A stretch of DNA of 57,164 nt, taken from an uncultured Candidatus Saccharibacteria bacterium. Lineage in GTDB: Bacteria; Patescibacteriota; UBA1384; DATEAH01; CAYPSR01. Numbering within the stretch: position 1 is the first letter of the stretch; the number at the start of each line of letters is the position of its first letter. Of the stretch, positions 35,091-43,997 are shown one piece after another. The stretch is from NCBI GenBank assembly GCA_964448035.1, contig CAYUUY010000001.1, forward strand, positions 1 through 57,164. Direction: 5' to 3'. The notes beneath the pieces were generated by a model. The model ran no database searches. It was not told where the DNA came from and was given only the letters and a program-made list of their open reading frames with translations. Both the position numbers and the translations under genes were made by a program.

Positions 35091-35116
35091 CAAACATCAT
35101 TTACATATGTTATAAT
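35087..35116 (+). promoter_or_regulatory. Sigma70-like promoter, copy 4 (TTGACA-N18-TATAAT, extended -10 TGT)
   Basis: ttgaca 35087-35092 overlaps the stop of the 34494 gene; tataat 35111-35116; 'atatgt' before the -10, identical to copy 1 (7827) and matching copy 2 (13731) at 5 of 6 positions. Confidence 0.55.
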
Positions 35117-35137
35117 TAAAGTAAATAAAGGATTTTT

Positions 35138-35503
35138 ATGAAAACACTAACATATCAATTAATTTCTAAATCTGGATTAAATAAGAATGGTGTCGTTTTT
35201 ACAAAATCGGCTTTAAAAAATGCCGTTAAAAACTTTAAAGGTTTTGGGCCCATAACACAGGGTTTTAATGAAAAAGGACTTATTGTTGGTAGTTTGGATT
35301 CTCTAACATACAAAGATGGTGTTGTTTATGGGGATATTCGTGTATTTGATGCATTTAGCGGATGTTTAAAGAATAATGTGCCTAGATTAGCCGTGCTTTG
35401 TAATAAAACACACAAAAACAATAAAGATCAGATCGTATTAGATGATATAACTGTTCATAGTTGTGCTTATATTGAAAAAGAAAAAGATGGGCTAATTTTA
35501 TGA
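35138..35503 (+). CDS. hypothetical protein
   Basis: 121-aa ORF with AAAGGA RBS. Confidence 0.55.
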   Translation: MKTLTYQLISKSGLNKNGVVFTKSALKNAVKNFKGFGPITQGFNEKGLIVGSLDSLTYKDGVVYGDIRVFDAFSGCLKNNVPRLAVLCNKTHKNNKDQIVLDDITVHSCAYIEKEKDGLIL

Positions 35504-36138
35504 TAGGTGATCCGCTTATACTTGCAGAGAAAGATTTCAAAGATGGAGAATTTATTTCTTCTCAGATGAAACATAATAAAATTGTTCTTATTGGGGGAGG
35601 AAGCGGTACGAAAAAATCAGAAAAGGCATTGGCATTACAGCAATTTTTATTTTGTGATAAACAAAGTAGTTTAGTTATTTCTCTTGATGATCATTATTTG
35701 GTTCATCCTACAGTTAGGAATTATAATCGTAAAAAACAAGGAATTAACTCTGTTGGAATTAAAGAGATAGATTGGATCGAGTTAGAATCGATTTATTGTT
35801 CTTTTAAATCCAAGGATCAAGAAATGATAAGTTTTTCACGTACTCATAGATTTTTAGATGCCAGCGAATATGTATGTATTTCCAACAAAAATATCGATGT
35901 TTTAATAATTGAAGGGTTGTATGCAAATTATTTAAGAAAAATGTTTAGTGATAATTTTTCAGTATTTTTAGAAGGAACACCCCAGCAAACATTATCATTT
36001 AGACAACTGCGTGGAAAAGAATCACCGGATGATAAATTTCGTCAACAAGTTGTTCAAAAAGAGTTTAATGTTGTTAGTCAATTAAGAAAATATGCAGATT
36101 TAATCATTCCATTCGAAACAGTTAATTGTATCAAATAG
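35500..36138 (+). CDS. Uridine kinase/PRK-like protein with atypical P-loop
   Basis: 'VLIGGGSGTKKSE' (GSGKT-like but deviant), 'VLIIEGLYA'. Confidence 0.4.
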   Translation: MIGDPLILAEKDFKDGEFISSQMKHNKIVLIGGGSGTKKSEKALALQQFLFCDKQSSLVISLDDHYLVHPTVRNYNRKKQGINSVGIKEIDWIELESIYCSFKSKDQEMISFSRTHRFLDASEYVCISNKNIDVLIIEGLYANYLRKMFSDNFSVFLEGTPQQTLSFRQLRGKESPDDKFRQQVVQKEFNVVSQLRKYADLIIPFETVNCIK

Positions 36139-36183
36139 TGAAGCGATTAGTGGTTTTAATCGTATCAAAAGAAAGGTTCATTA

Positions 36184-36354
36184 ATGAAAAACAAATTCAA
36201 AATAGGTGATCCAGTTATTTGCGATGAAAAAAATTGTCATGTTATCGACTTAACCTGGAGTGAACATATGGATGAATTTATATATTTAGTATGGTGGAAT
36301 GAAGAATATGCTACAGTTCTTGAAAGAGATTTAAAGATAAATGACCAAAATTAA
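36184..36354 (+). CDS. small hypothetical protein (56 aa)
   Basis: Translated by hand; AAAGG RBS. Confidence 0.4.
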   Translation: MKNKFKIGDPVICDEKNCHVIDLTWSEHMDEFIYLVWWNEEYATVLERDLKINDQN

Positions 36355-36481
36355 TAAAATAGACATTTATAAGAAGATTCGTAAAACTTGGGAAATAAAT
36401 CCTAAAAGTAGAATTGTTAACAATAAACGAAAAACAAGACAGCAATTAAAGAAAGAGATCAAAAATGAACAAGACTATTAG
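36341..36481 (+). CDS. small basic hypothetical protein (46 aa)
   Basis: Translated by hand; overlaps both neighbours. Confidence 0.3.
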   Translation: MTKINKIDIYKKIRKTWEINPKSRIVNNKRKTRQQLKKEIKNEQDY

Positions 36482-36728
36482 TTTTATATTAATGATATTG
36501 ATGTTTACGGGCTGTGCTGGTACTTATTATAGCCATAAAAAAATACCTATTAAATTAGATAAAGCAACAGCTAATCTTTACGGAGAATTAGATGGATTAG
36601 ATTTAAGTGTCGATATTGAAAGGTGTTATAGTAACACAGATGAATGTTCTAAAATTTTGAATGGCATTCATAATATACAAGGTATTAATTGGGATAATTT
36701 TGAAATTAATATAAAAGAGATCAAATAA
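36465..36728 (+). CDS. Lipoprotein (lipobox 'FTGC')
   Basis: Signal peptide 'MNKTISFILMILMFTGCAG' with lipobox Cys. Confidence 0.6.
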   Translation: MNKTISFILMILMFTGCAGTYYSHKKIPIKLDKATANLYGELDGLDLSVDIERCYSNTDECSKILNGIHNIQGINWDNFEINIKEIK

Positions 36729-37150
36729 TGTATAAAATAACACTATTAAATAAAAAGGTTTTTTCTTCTGAAGATAGCACATGGAAGGATTTGGATAATT
36801 CACCAATCGAAAAATTGGAATATTTCCTGAATGAAAAAGAAATAATTGTTTTTTCTGGATTTGATAAATATATTGTCCTAAAAGAAATTGAAGCCGTTGT
36901 TGGACATTCAAAACCAAATGTTGTTAGTATGAGTGTGCTAGGTGTTTATAAAAACAAATGTTATCAATTTACACAAAATTTGATCTGGAATAAAATCAAT
37001 CAATCAATCAATAGAATGGGCGAAGAATATACTCCGATGTCTTTTAATTGGAAGAAACAACAATGGCGAGTTGCTTCTGGAAGACCACTTAATCCATCAG
37101 ATTGGCATGATGGTGTTACAACTAAACCAAGTGTTAGATTTGTTAAATAG
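36728..37150 (+). CDS. hypothetical protein (last plus-strand gene)
   Basis: 140-aa ORF, TAATG coupling; 3' end overlaps the 3' end of the first minus-strand gene. Confidence 0.55.
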   Translation: MYKITLLNKKVFSSEDSTWKDLDNSPIEKLEYFLNEKEIIVFSGFDKYIVLKEIEAVVGHSKPNVVSMSVLGVYKNKCYQFTQNLIWNKINQSINRMGEEYTPMSFNWKKQQWRVASGRPLNPSDWHDGVTTKPSVRFVK

Positions 37151-37649
37151 TTATAATTGGTGTAGGAATATAGAGCAACAATTTTACTTGTATATCATCT
37201 TGAACGGTGTAATAATCTCTGGCAACATAACTAACATTTACTGTTACTTTTTTTATAACAGAACTACTTTCTAAATCCTCAATAGAAATAATAAAATTTT
37301 CTTTAACATCAGTTGTATCTTGTAATTCTCCAGTAGAATCCTCACCATATTTTTTTAAAATAACAGGTTTTATTCCACTAATCCACCCTTCAGGCATAAA
37401 CGGGAATTCTATTGTCCAAGTATTATATGATTCCTCAGACTCGCCATCATCAACAACCCATGGAGTTAATAATAAGAAATCATTATCAACAGAATATGGA
37501 ACAGAAATCATATTATTAAATACATTTATCTTTTCGATATTTTTTACCAAATAATTTTTAATATCAAGTTGTAGGTCTGCTTTATATATGTTTTCTTGAT
37601 TATTTTTATAAATGGTAAATACTTTATTTCTTAATGTATTACTCTTCAT
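37143..37649 (-). CDS. Tail fibre-associated protein carrying the shared 'MKxN(S)TxRNK' N-terminal module
   Basis: Start placed at 'MKSNTLRNKVFTIYKNNQEN' (ATG 37649, AGGAAA RBS); the N-terminus is paralogous to those of 39173-39685 and 38979-39170. Confidence 0.55.
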   Translation of the reverse strand: MKSNTLRNKVFTIYKNNQENIYKADLQLDIKNYLVKNIEKINVFNNMISVPYSVDNDFLLLTPWVVDDGESEESYNTWTIEFPFMPEGWISGIKPVILKKYGEDSTGELQDTTDVKENFIISIEDLESSSVIKKVTVNVSYVARDYYTVQDDIQVKLLLYIPTPIITI

Positions 37650-38976
37650 GGATATATTTCCTGTCTTCCTTATAAAAAAATGGATTAGATAATACAACCC
37701 TTAATCTAATGGGAACGTCATTTCCTTCACTAACATAAATAGGTTTTGTCTTTTTTGAAATATTGGTTGTGGTTTTTGCGTAAGTATATCCAGTAGGCCA
37801 TGTTGGGCTGGTTATTTGTGTCCATGTATTATCGTATACATCAAATTGAGGACTTCCAGGACTTTCAACAATTGCTCTGGATTTAATAAGACATGAAATC
37901 TTTGGCTGTATATTGTAGATAGGTATTCCTTTTTCGTTTGTGTTAACTTTACAAAAAGCTATACCTTCTTCATTTCTAGCATTAGAATAAATAGCTTTTT
38001 CTGTAGAAGTTGATAATGGATGATCCCCAAAATTTTGCTCCAAAGTTAGCTTTGTGTACGGCATTGGATGTGGAAATCCTAATCCTGTTAGGTCAGGAAC
38101 ATCGTCTAAATCATCATAGTGTCCATCAAAATTAGCATCAACTATTCCAAATAACCACCTATATTGTGTACTATAGAACAACCAATATCCCGAAAAAGTA
38201 TATTCTCTGGATGTAATAACATCTCCTAATAAATATTCGTCTATTATAAAGTTTCCTGCACCTTGATATACCCAACTTGTACCATTCCATTTATATTTAA
38301 CAGCATCAGTATATGTTTGTATAACCTTTGCACCTGCCCATACTCTTGTTGATATTACCTCATCTGTGACTGTTGTGTATTCTAAACATCCACTTCCTCT
38401 ATCTTCCCATAGAATTTCAGTTTTTTTCCATTTACCACCCATTGATACATTAGTCATTGTAGATGGGTATGAATAATTTATAAATGCTGGATCATCTGGA
38501 TCATAATATATTTGATAAACATTTCTATTATCGTTACCGCTACATCCTGTTGATATATTTTCAACAAGAATTGTTGATCTTACTTGTCCTTCTATTAAAT
38601 ATAAATCTGCTCCATTTGTATATTGCATTTCTGCACGATATATTTTTTTAGTTAATGATTCAGAAAAATATCCAGCATCCAAATGTTCTTGAGAATGAAC
38701 ATATTTTCTTTGAACATATGCACGTTTTGATCCTACTGTTGGGCCACCTGGCCCATTATATATGATTGTACTATCTCCCTTTACTCTAATCCATGGTATA
38801 TCAATCCAAGTGCTTTCTTCAACAGGTAATGCCACAACAGCCGATGATTCAGGAAGTGGTTTTACAGATTTTTCAATTTTTAAGTATGGTAAATATTCTT
38901 CGGGAATAACAATATCAATATCATATGTTTTATATATTAAATCTGTAACAAATTCGCCTTTAGTTATAGTTGCCAT
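37639..38976 (-). CDS. Putative receptor-binding / tail fibre protein
   Basis: 445-aa ORF at the distal end of the tail module, aromatic/Gly-rich beta-type composition; position only. Confidence 0.45.
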   Translation of the reverse strand: MATITKGEFVTDLIYKTYDIDIVIPEEYLPYLKIEKSVKPLPESSAVVALPVEESTWIDIPWIRVKGDSTIIYNGPGGPTVGSKRAYVQRKYVHSQEHLDAGYFSESLTKKIYRAEMQYTNGADLYLIEGQVRSTILVENISTGCSGNDNRNVYQIYYDPDDPAFINYSYPSTMTNVSMGGKWKKTEILWEDRGSGCLEYTTVTDEVISTRVWAGAKVIQTYTDAVKYKWNGTSWVYQGAGNFIIDEYLLGDVITSREYTFSGYWLFYSTQYRWLFGIVDANFDGHYDDLDDVPDLTGLGFPHPMPYTKLTLEQNFGDHPLSTSTEKAIYSNARNEEGIAFCKVNTNEKGIPIYNIQPKISCLIKSRAIVESPGSPQFDVYDNTWTQITSPTWPTGYTYAKTTTNISKKTKPIYVSEGNDVPIRLRVVLSNPFFYKEDRKYIHEE

Positions 38977-38978
38977 AG

Positions 38979-39170
38979 TTATCCACCCATTATTTCAGAA
39001 AATGCAAAACTTGTCCATCCGCTGTCATATAAAACAAATGAAGGATATTTGTGCATATCGGGAGTAAAAATTTTTGATAATGTATTTTCATTAATTTCTA
39101 TTTTTATAACATTATTATTTGTTGATTTATGTAAATTGTTTAATTTATTTCTGGTAGAATTGTTTTTCAT
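38979..39170 (-). CDS. Short (63 aa) copy of the 'MKNNSTRNKL' module protein
   Basis: N-terminus 'MKNNSTRNKLNNLHKSTNNN' paralogous to its neighbours; much shorter than them. Confidence 0.4.
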   Translation of the reverse strand: MKNNSTRNKLNNLHKSTNNNVIKIEINENTLSKIFTPDMHKYPSFVLYDSGWTSFAFSEIMGG

Positions 39171-39172
39171 TA

Positions 39173-39685
39173 TTAGCCTTCAGACTGTGTAGTAAAATAA
39201 CTATTTGTATTTAAAAAACATATATCAACTGTTATATATAAAGGAATATTTGAATACGAATATCCCAATGGATGTTTAGTAAACAATTGTGCTAGAGCCT
39301 TATATGATATATCCAGATCATAAGCACTATCTTCTATTTTTGTGAACCCATATTTTAACCAGACATTACTTAAAGATATATTATGGGTAGCGTAAGGTGA
39401 ATCTATTTCTTCCCTAGTATAATCTTCGTTAAATCTTGTTTTTAAAATAACATTAATAAATGGTATATTTTTTTCAGAAATATTTTCTAATTGTTTAGTT
39501 ATATATATAATATCACCACTTATAGATAATTGATCATCAATAAGATTTATCTTTGTGACTTTTTTCTTAAAATTAAAAGAATTAAAATCTTTATTAACTA
39601 CAGAAATCTTATCAACATTATTAGTGTTTTCTTGATTATCATTCCAAATTGTGTTTAATTTATTTCGTGTAGAATTAAATTTCAT
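39173..39685 (-). CDS. Tail fibre-associated protein carrying the shared N-terminal module
   Basis: Start placed at 'MKFNSTRNKLNTIWNDNQEN' (ATG 39685, one nt after the upstream stop codon at 39687-39689). Confidence 0.55.
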   Translation of the reverse strand: MKFNSTRNKLNTIWNDNQENTNNVDKISVVNKDFNSFNFKKKVTKINLIDDQLSISGDIIYITKQLENISEKNIPFINVILKTRFNEDYTREEIDSPYATHNISLSNVWLKYGFTKIEDSAYDLDISYKALAQLFTKHPLGYSYSNIPLYITVDICFLNTNSYFTTQSEG

Positions 39686-39686
39686 A

Positions 39687-42674
39687 TTATGATACCAAAT
39701 CACCTATTTTATCTGCTGGAGTTGTTGGCCAATCAATAGTTACACCTCCACCATATGTTCCTGTTTCTAAATTGAGTTTTCTTTCCTTTGGTATTAGTGT
39801 TTTTATGGATACAAATTCATCAGAATCTTCATCTGGATAACGTGCATCTATTTCTTCTAATTCAGATAATGATTTTTGATTATCACATTGTACTGTTACC
39901 ATTATTCTTGAATCTGTATTTATTGCTATGTTCACTGTTTTAATAGCAACTGGAAAACCGTTGTTATTTTTGTAAATATCAGATGTTGTGGTTTTTCCTA
40001 TATTGATTCTGGTTAATAATTTTAAATTATAATAATAATATGCATCTAGTGTTACATCAATGGATGTATTAACTATAGGCAATATATCACCGTTTATGTT
40101 TTGTAGTTTTTCATATTCTAGATCAGCAACACGTCTAGCATAACCTACATAATTATATCCTGCTTCTCTAACTAAAAATAATTGGTCATCTATTTCTTGA
40201 TATTTTAGACCATTAACTTTTTTTCCATTTTTTGTAGAAATCAATTTAAAAGGGGCTTCGCCCACAGTATATTGACCCAAATCTGTTCCACTAAATCTTT
40301 GTACTAATTGATATATAGGTTGTGCTCCAATAATTCTATAAGTGTCTGATGATATTGGGCCTAGACTGGTTCCGATATATTCAAATTTAATATTCGATAT
40401 ACTTAATGGAACTCTTCTACTTTTTCCAGTAATAAAGTTTTCATAAGCAACAAACCAAAAATATGTATATCCTTGCTTAAATTTATATGTGCCATTTTCT
40501 ACTTCCGATGCATTAATAGCAACAGATGTGGCACTCATTCCAACAGCCCCTGTGCGTTCCATGGTGGTTTCTATCTGTTCAAAATCTGTAATTTTTCTAA
40601 CATTCTCACCAACTTTTTCTCCTAGTTGAACTTTAATACCCTTATAATATTCAGGATTTTCATCTAATGGATCAACGTATGGATTATCAATAGTTAAATT
40701 ATTCATCATACAATGGTATAAATTAATATTTTGTCCAACAGAAGACATAGGTATTGTAACTGTATGCCTAGAATCAGAAGGAGTATCCATTTTTGCAACA
40801 ATAAATACCGTTTCTGTTTCACTATCGGCTTGAATATTTGATATTTTTCCTGAAAATTCTGTATGGCCACTGATAATAACAATAACAGTATTATTGTTTG
40901 TTATTTGAGATGCTACTCCTGTATTGGTATAGTTTAATTTATCATGTCTTCTACAAAGTCTAAATGTTGCAGTGCTTTTTTCATCTATTGTATGCGTTAT
41001 CTGTACAGTAGACATATCAATATCATTTAATGGTACTAAATCAACACCATTTATTTTTATTTGAATATCCACAGGACTAATAGGTGTTTGGTTGATTTCA
41101 GCATAAGGCACATGTAACCATCGCAAATCGGTTTTTAATTTTTTATTCTGAACAGCTATGTATCTTAAATCAGAATTAATCTTTTTTCCAATTATAGTAT
41201 TTAGTCGTGTTGAAAGTGTAGTTGATATTAATTCTAACCATCGTATATCTGAATTAAATTTTGTAATATCTCTCTCATCAATTTTTATAATTTCTCCATT
41301 TGCATCATCTGTTGATGCATAAGTGATAAAATAATCGTCGAGTGTATCAATATTTAATAAATTATCTAAATCATTCAAATCAATTTCTGTTACATTGTTT
41401 AAATCGGCTTTTTCTATTTTTAAAACTTTTGCTCCTGATACGTTTATGTAAAAATATTCATTTGTTTCATTAAGTGCTATATCCGATGCACCGCTATAAC
41501 CTGTTAAAGTATATACTGATTTTACAGGAATTTCTGGAACAGAAATATCAACAACAACCAATTTAACAGGATTAGTATTTGTTACAAAAATTAAAGGATT
41601 ATAATGTAAAATTTGTGATGCATAATTTACCTCTTGTAAAACGCTGGATGTTATATTTTCTGCTAATGTTATTGATTCTGAAATTGATTTTTTAATAAGA
41701 CTTGGAGTAGCATTTATATATTCTGATAAATCAATATTATCCACAACAGATTTTAGAACAAGTTTTTCATAATCCTCTGTTAATTTTAAATTTTCTATAA
41801 TGGCTTTACTTATTGCTTGTTTAACACTGGTTGCGTCATTTAATGTTAAAAACTCCTCAACAATAGCGTAAATTATTGCCGCTCTACTAACTGATTCATT
41901 TAATGATAAATTTTCAGCAATAGTCTTTTTTATTAAAGATACACTGGTTGTAACAGTTTCTGTTAAGGTCATATTATCAGCAACCTCAACTGGTGCTAAT
42001 GGTTCTGTATATGCACTTGTAGGAACATCTATGGTTGCTCCAGTAAATCCTCGATCTGTACCTTTAGAAAATCTAAACTCATCTATCCAACCAACCAATG
42101 GTTGACCTGCACCATCTTGATAAGTTGAAATATTGAATGGACGTGTGGAGTTAAAAATTGAAACTCCAGTCATATCTGCCGATCCATATTGTGTTCCGTC
42201 TACATAAAAACGTAGAGTGTTGCCTGACCTCGCAATTGCATACCAGTGCCAGTTTGTGTCAGGAATATTATATGTACTGTCGTTTCGAACTTCTGAACTT
42301 CCATTAGGAGAATAAAAAAACGATAGATTATTAGACCCCGTCAATTTAACAATATAAAAAGAACCGTTACTTCCACCACCACCCCATTGGGTTATTAATG
42401 CTTGGGTTCCTGATAAAGAACTCAATTTCATTCGCCAATCAAACACAAAATCGTCTGCACCTAAATTAAAGTCTTCATGGTCACCTATGGTTAATCTGGA
42501 TGTTGCACTATTGAATAGACCAGACGCACCTCCGAACACAGACTGATCGGTATCTATCTCGGCCAATGTTGGTGTTATAGCATGAGCACTGTCTGAATCA
42601 TCAGTAAATGTCGTTGACCCATCAGCCCCATTCATATGGAGCATTAATTTTGTGAATCCGTCTATTCCACTCAA
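39687..42674 (-). CDS. Large tail fibre / baseplate protein with N-terminal LamG (concanavalin A-like) domain
   Basis: 'LMLHMNGADGSTTFTDDSDSAH...DFVFDWRM...WHWYAIARSGNTLRFYVDG...VGWIDEFRFSKG' LamG_3-type pattern; six ~20-aa tandem repeats at residues 231-347. Confidence 0.7.
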   Translation of the reverse strand: MSGIDGFTKLMLHMNGADGSTTFTDDSDSAHAITPTLAEIDTDQSVFGGASGLFNSATSRLTIGDHEDFNLGADDFVFDWRMKLSSLSGTQALITQWGGGGSNGSFYIVKLTGSNNLSFFYSPNGSSEVRNDSTYNIPDTNWHWYAIARSGNTLRFYVDGTQYGSADMTGVSIFNSTRPFNISTYQDGAGQPLVGWIDEFRFSKGTDRGFTGATIDVPTSAYTEPLAPVEVADNMTLTETVTTSVSLIKKTIAENLSLNESVSRAAIIYAIVEEFLTLNDATSVKQAISKAIIENLKLTEDYEKLVLKSVVDNIDLSEYINATPSLIKKSISESITLAENITSSVLQEVNYASQILHYNPLIFVTNTNPVKLVVVDISVPEIPVKSVYTLTGYSGASDIALNETNEYFYINVSGAKVLKIEKADLNNVTEIDLNDLDNLLNIDTLDDYFITYASTDDANGEIIKIDERDITKFNSDIRWLELISTTLSTRLNTIIGKKINSDLRYIAVQNKKLKTDLRWLHVPYAEINQTPISPVDIQIKINGVDLVPLNDIDMSTVQITHTIDEKSTATFRLCRRHDKLNYTNTGVASQITNNNTVIVIISGHTEFSGKISNIQADSETETVFIVAKMDTPSDSRHTVTIPMSSVGQNINLYHCMMNNLTIDNPYVDPLDENPEYYKGIKVQLGEKVGENVRKITDFEQIETTMERTGAVGMSATSVAINASEVENGTYKFKQGYTYFWFVAYENFITGKSRRVPLSISNIKFEYIGTSLGPISSDTYRIIGAQPIYQLVQRFSGTDLGQYTVGEAPFKLISTKNGKKVNGLKYQEIDDQLFLVREAGYNYVGYARRVADLEYEKLQNINGDILPIVNTSIDVTLDAYYYYNLKLLTRINIGKTTTSDIYKNNNGFPVAIKTVNIAINTDSRIMVTVQCDNQKSLSELEEIDARYPDEDSDEFVSIKTLIPKERKLNLETGTYGGGVTIDWPTTPADKIGDLVS
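41634..41984 (-). repeat. Six tandem ~20-aa coding repeats, core (I/V)x(E/D)N(L/I)xLx(E/D)
   Basis: 'VADNMTLTETV..', 'IAENLSLNESV..', 'VEEFLTLNDAT..', 'IIENLKLTEDY..', 'VDNIDLSEYIN..', 'ISESITLAENI..'. Confidence 0.65.
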
Positions 42675-42702
42675 GGTTTAATCCTCTTATTTGATATTAA
42701 TA

Positions 42703-43173
42703 TTAGGCATTATCAACGGCCATTGTGATACTCATACTTAAATCCGTGTCAGCGTCAACAGCAATACCAGCAAAAACCGATCTGTTTAACATCGTTGATC
42801 CAGATTCTGTTAATGTATCAAAAATACCAACCTCAGTTATTGTGTAAGATTCTCCAGAAGAAAATGTAAAAACATATACCCATTTTGCTGTTCCCGTTGG
42901 GGATTCTGATAAAGTTGCCAAGGCTCTTTTTTGTTCAGTTCCTAATGCTATATCGCCTAATGCGGCCGCAACTGCACCTTCTCCTATTGCTACATATTTA
43001 AAACCGGCAACGGATAATCCGTTTATTAATTGAGCAACTCTAGATTTTCCAGTAGTCACAATCAAATTATGTATTGTTCGTTCATCCTTAATTTTACCCG
43101 TATAACGATCTATTGCCTTTAATACAATATTGACCTTTAATCCCATATCTTTCTTTTTTTTATCGTTCTTCAT
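42703..43173 (-). CDS. Putative virion structural protein
   Basis: 156-aa ORF with AAAGGAG RBS in the tail module; Gly/Ala/Thr-rich; family not identified. Confidence 0.45.
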   Translation of the reverse strand: MKNDKKKKDMGLKVNIVLKAIDRYTGKIKDERTIHNLIVTTGKSRVAQLINGLSVAGFKYVAIGEGAVAAALGDIALGTEQKRALATLSESPTGTAKWVYVFTFSSGESYTITEVGIFDTLTESGSTMLNRSVFAGIAVDADTDLSMSITMAVDNA

Positions 43174-43216
43174 TTTAAATCTCCTTTTATTTGTTTATAG
43201 ATAATAATTTCTATTT

Positions 43217-43384
43217 TTATTTATTAAAAAATCTATCTGGTGGTATACCAAATATTACTCTAAATATAACTTCTAACTTTCCTAAAAAACTTAAATCTGT
43301 AAGACATACCCACATGAATTTAAAGGCAATATCTTCTTCGTTTCCATAAAAATAAAATAATCCTGTTTCATTATTATATTTCAT
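43217..43384 (-). CDS. small hypothetical protein (55 aa)
   Basis: Fills a 227-nt gap; AAGGAG RBS upstream of ATG 43384; translated by hand. Confidence 0.3.
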   Translation of the reverse strand: MKYNNETGLFYFYGNEEDIAFKFMWVCLTDLSFLGKLEVIFRVIFGIPPDRFFNK

Positions 43385-43400
43385 AATAAAATTAACTCCT

Positions 43401-43985
43401 TTATGTATTTACACTATATGTCCAAATATCGCCACTGGCTAAGTATAGTCTAATATATTCTGAAGGTGTCTTATACGTTATTATCCAAAATTCTTCTTCT
43501 AAGGCATCCATGGTAAACGCTTTCGCATTTGTAACAGTTGCCAAATCAATCGTTTCTTGAAATATTCCAGTTAAAGAAAATTTAACAATTTTAGCATTTT
43601 CACCACTTATATTGCCTGGTGTTAAAAAATAAATATATGAACCACTTACTAACATATCAACAGGTGCTTCGGTAATTCCTGCTGGTATTGAAAAGTCAAC
43701 CGTTGAAGTTATAGGATTTGTTTTTGAAAATCTGGTACATATTAAAGAATCATCATCAAAACAAGCATATACATAATTTCCAGAAGAAATAACCTTTTTT
43801 ATTTCTGTAACAGATAAGTCAATACTAAAATAAACTTGATCAGGTTTATGAGCAGACACCTTTTTTAAATTACAAACTCCATCATTCAAAGAAAACGCAA
43901 TCCAGAGGTATTGTGCATTCGTTTCATCAATCACAAAGGATTTTATTTCAGATTCTGTGAAGTTGTATTTGTTGATTTGTGTCAT
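43401..43985 (-). CDS. hypothetical (probable tail) protein
   Basis: 194-aa ORF in the tail module. Confidence 0.5.
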   Translation of the reverse strand: MTQINKYNFTESEIKSFVIDETNAQYLWIAFSLNDGVCNLKKVSAHKPDQVYFSIDLSVTEIKKVISSGNYVYACFDDDSLICTRFSKTNPITSTVDFSIPAGITEAPVDMLVSGSYIYFLTPGNISGENAKIVKFSLTGIFQETIDLATVTNAKAFTMDALEEEFWIITYKTPSEYIRLYLASGDIWTYSVNT

Positions 43986-43997
43986 TGTTGGTTATTC

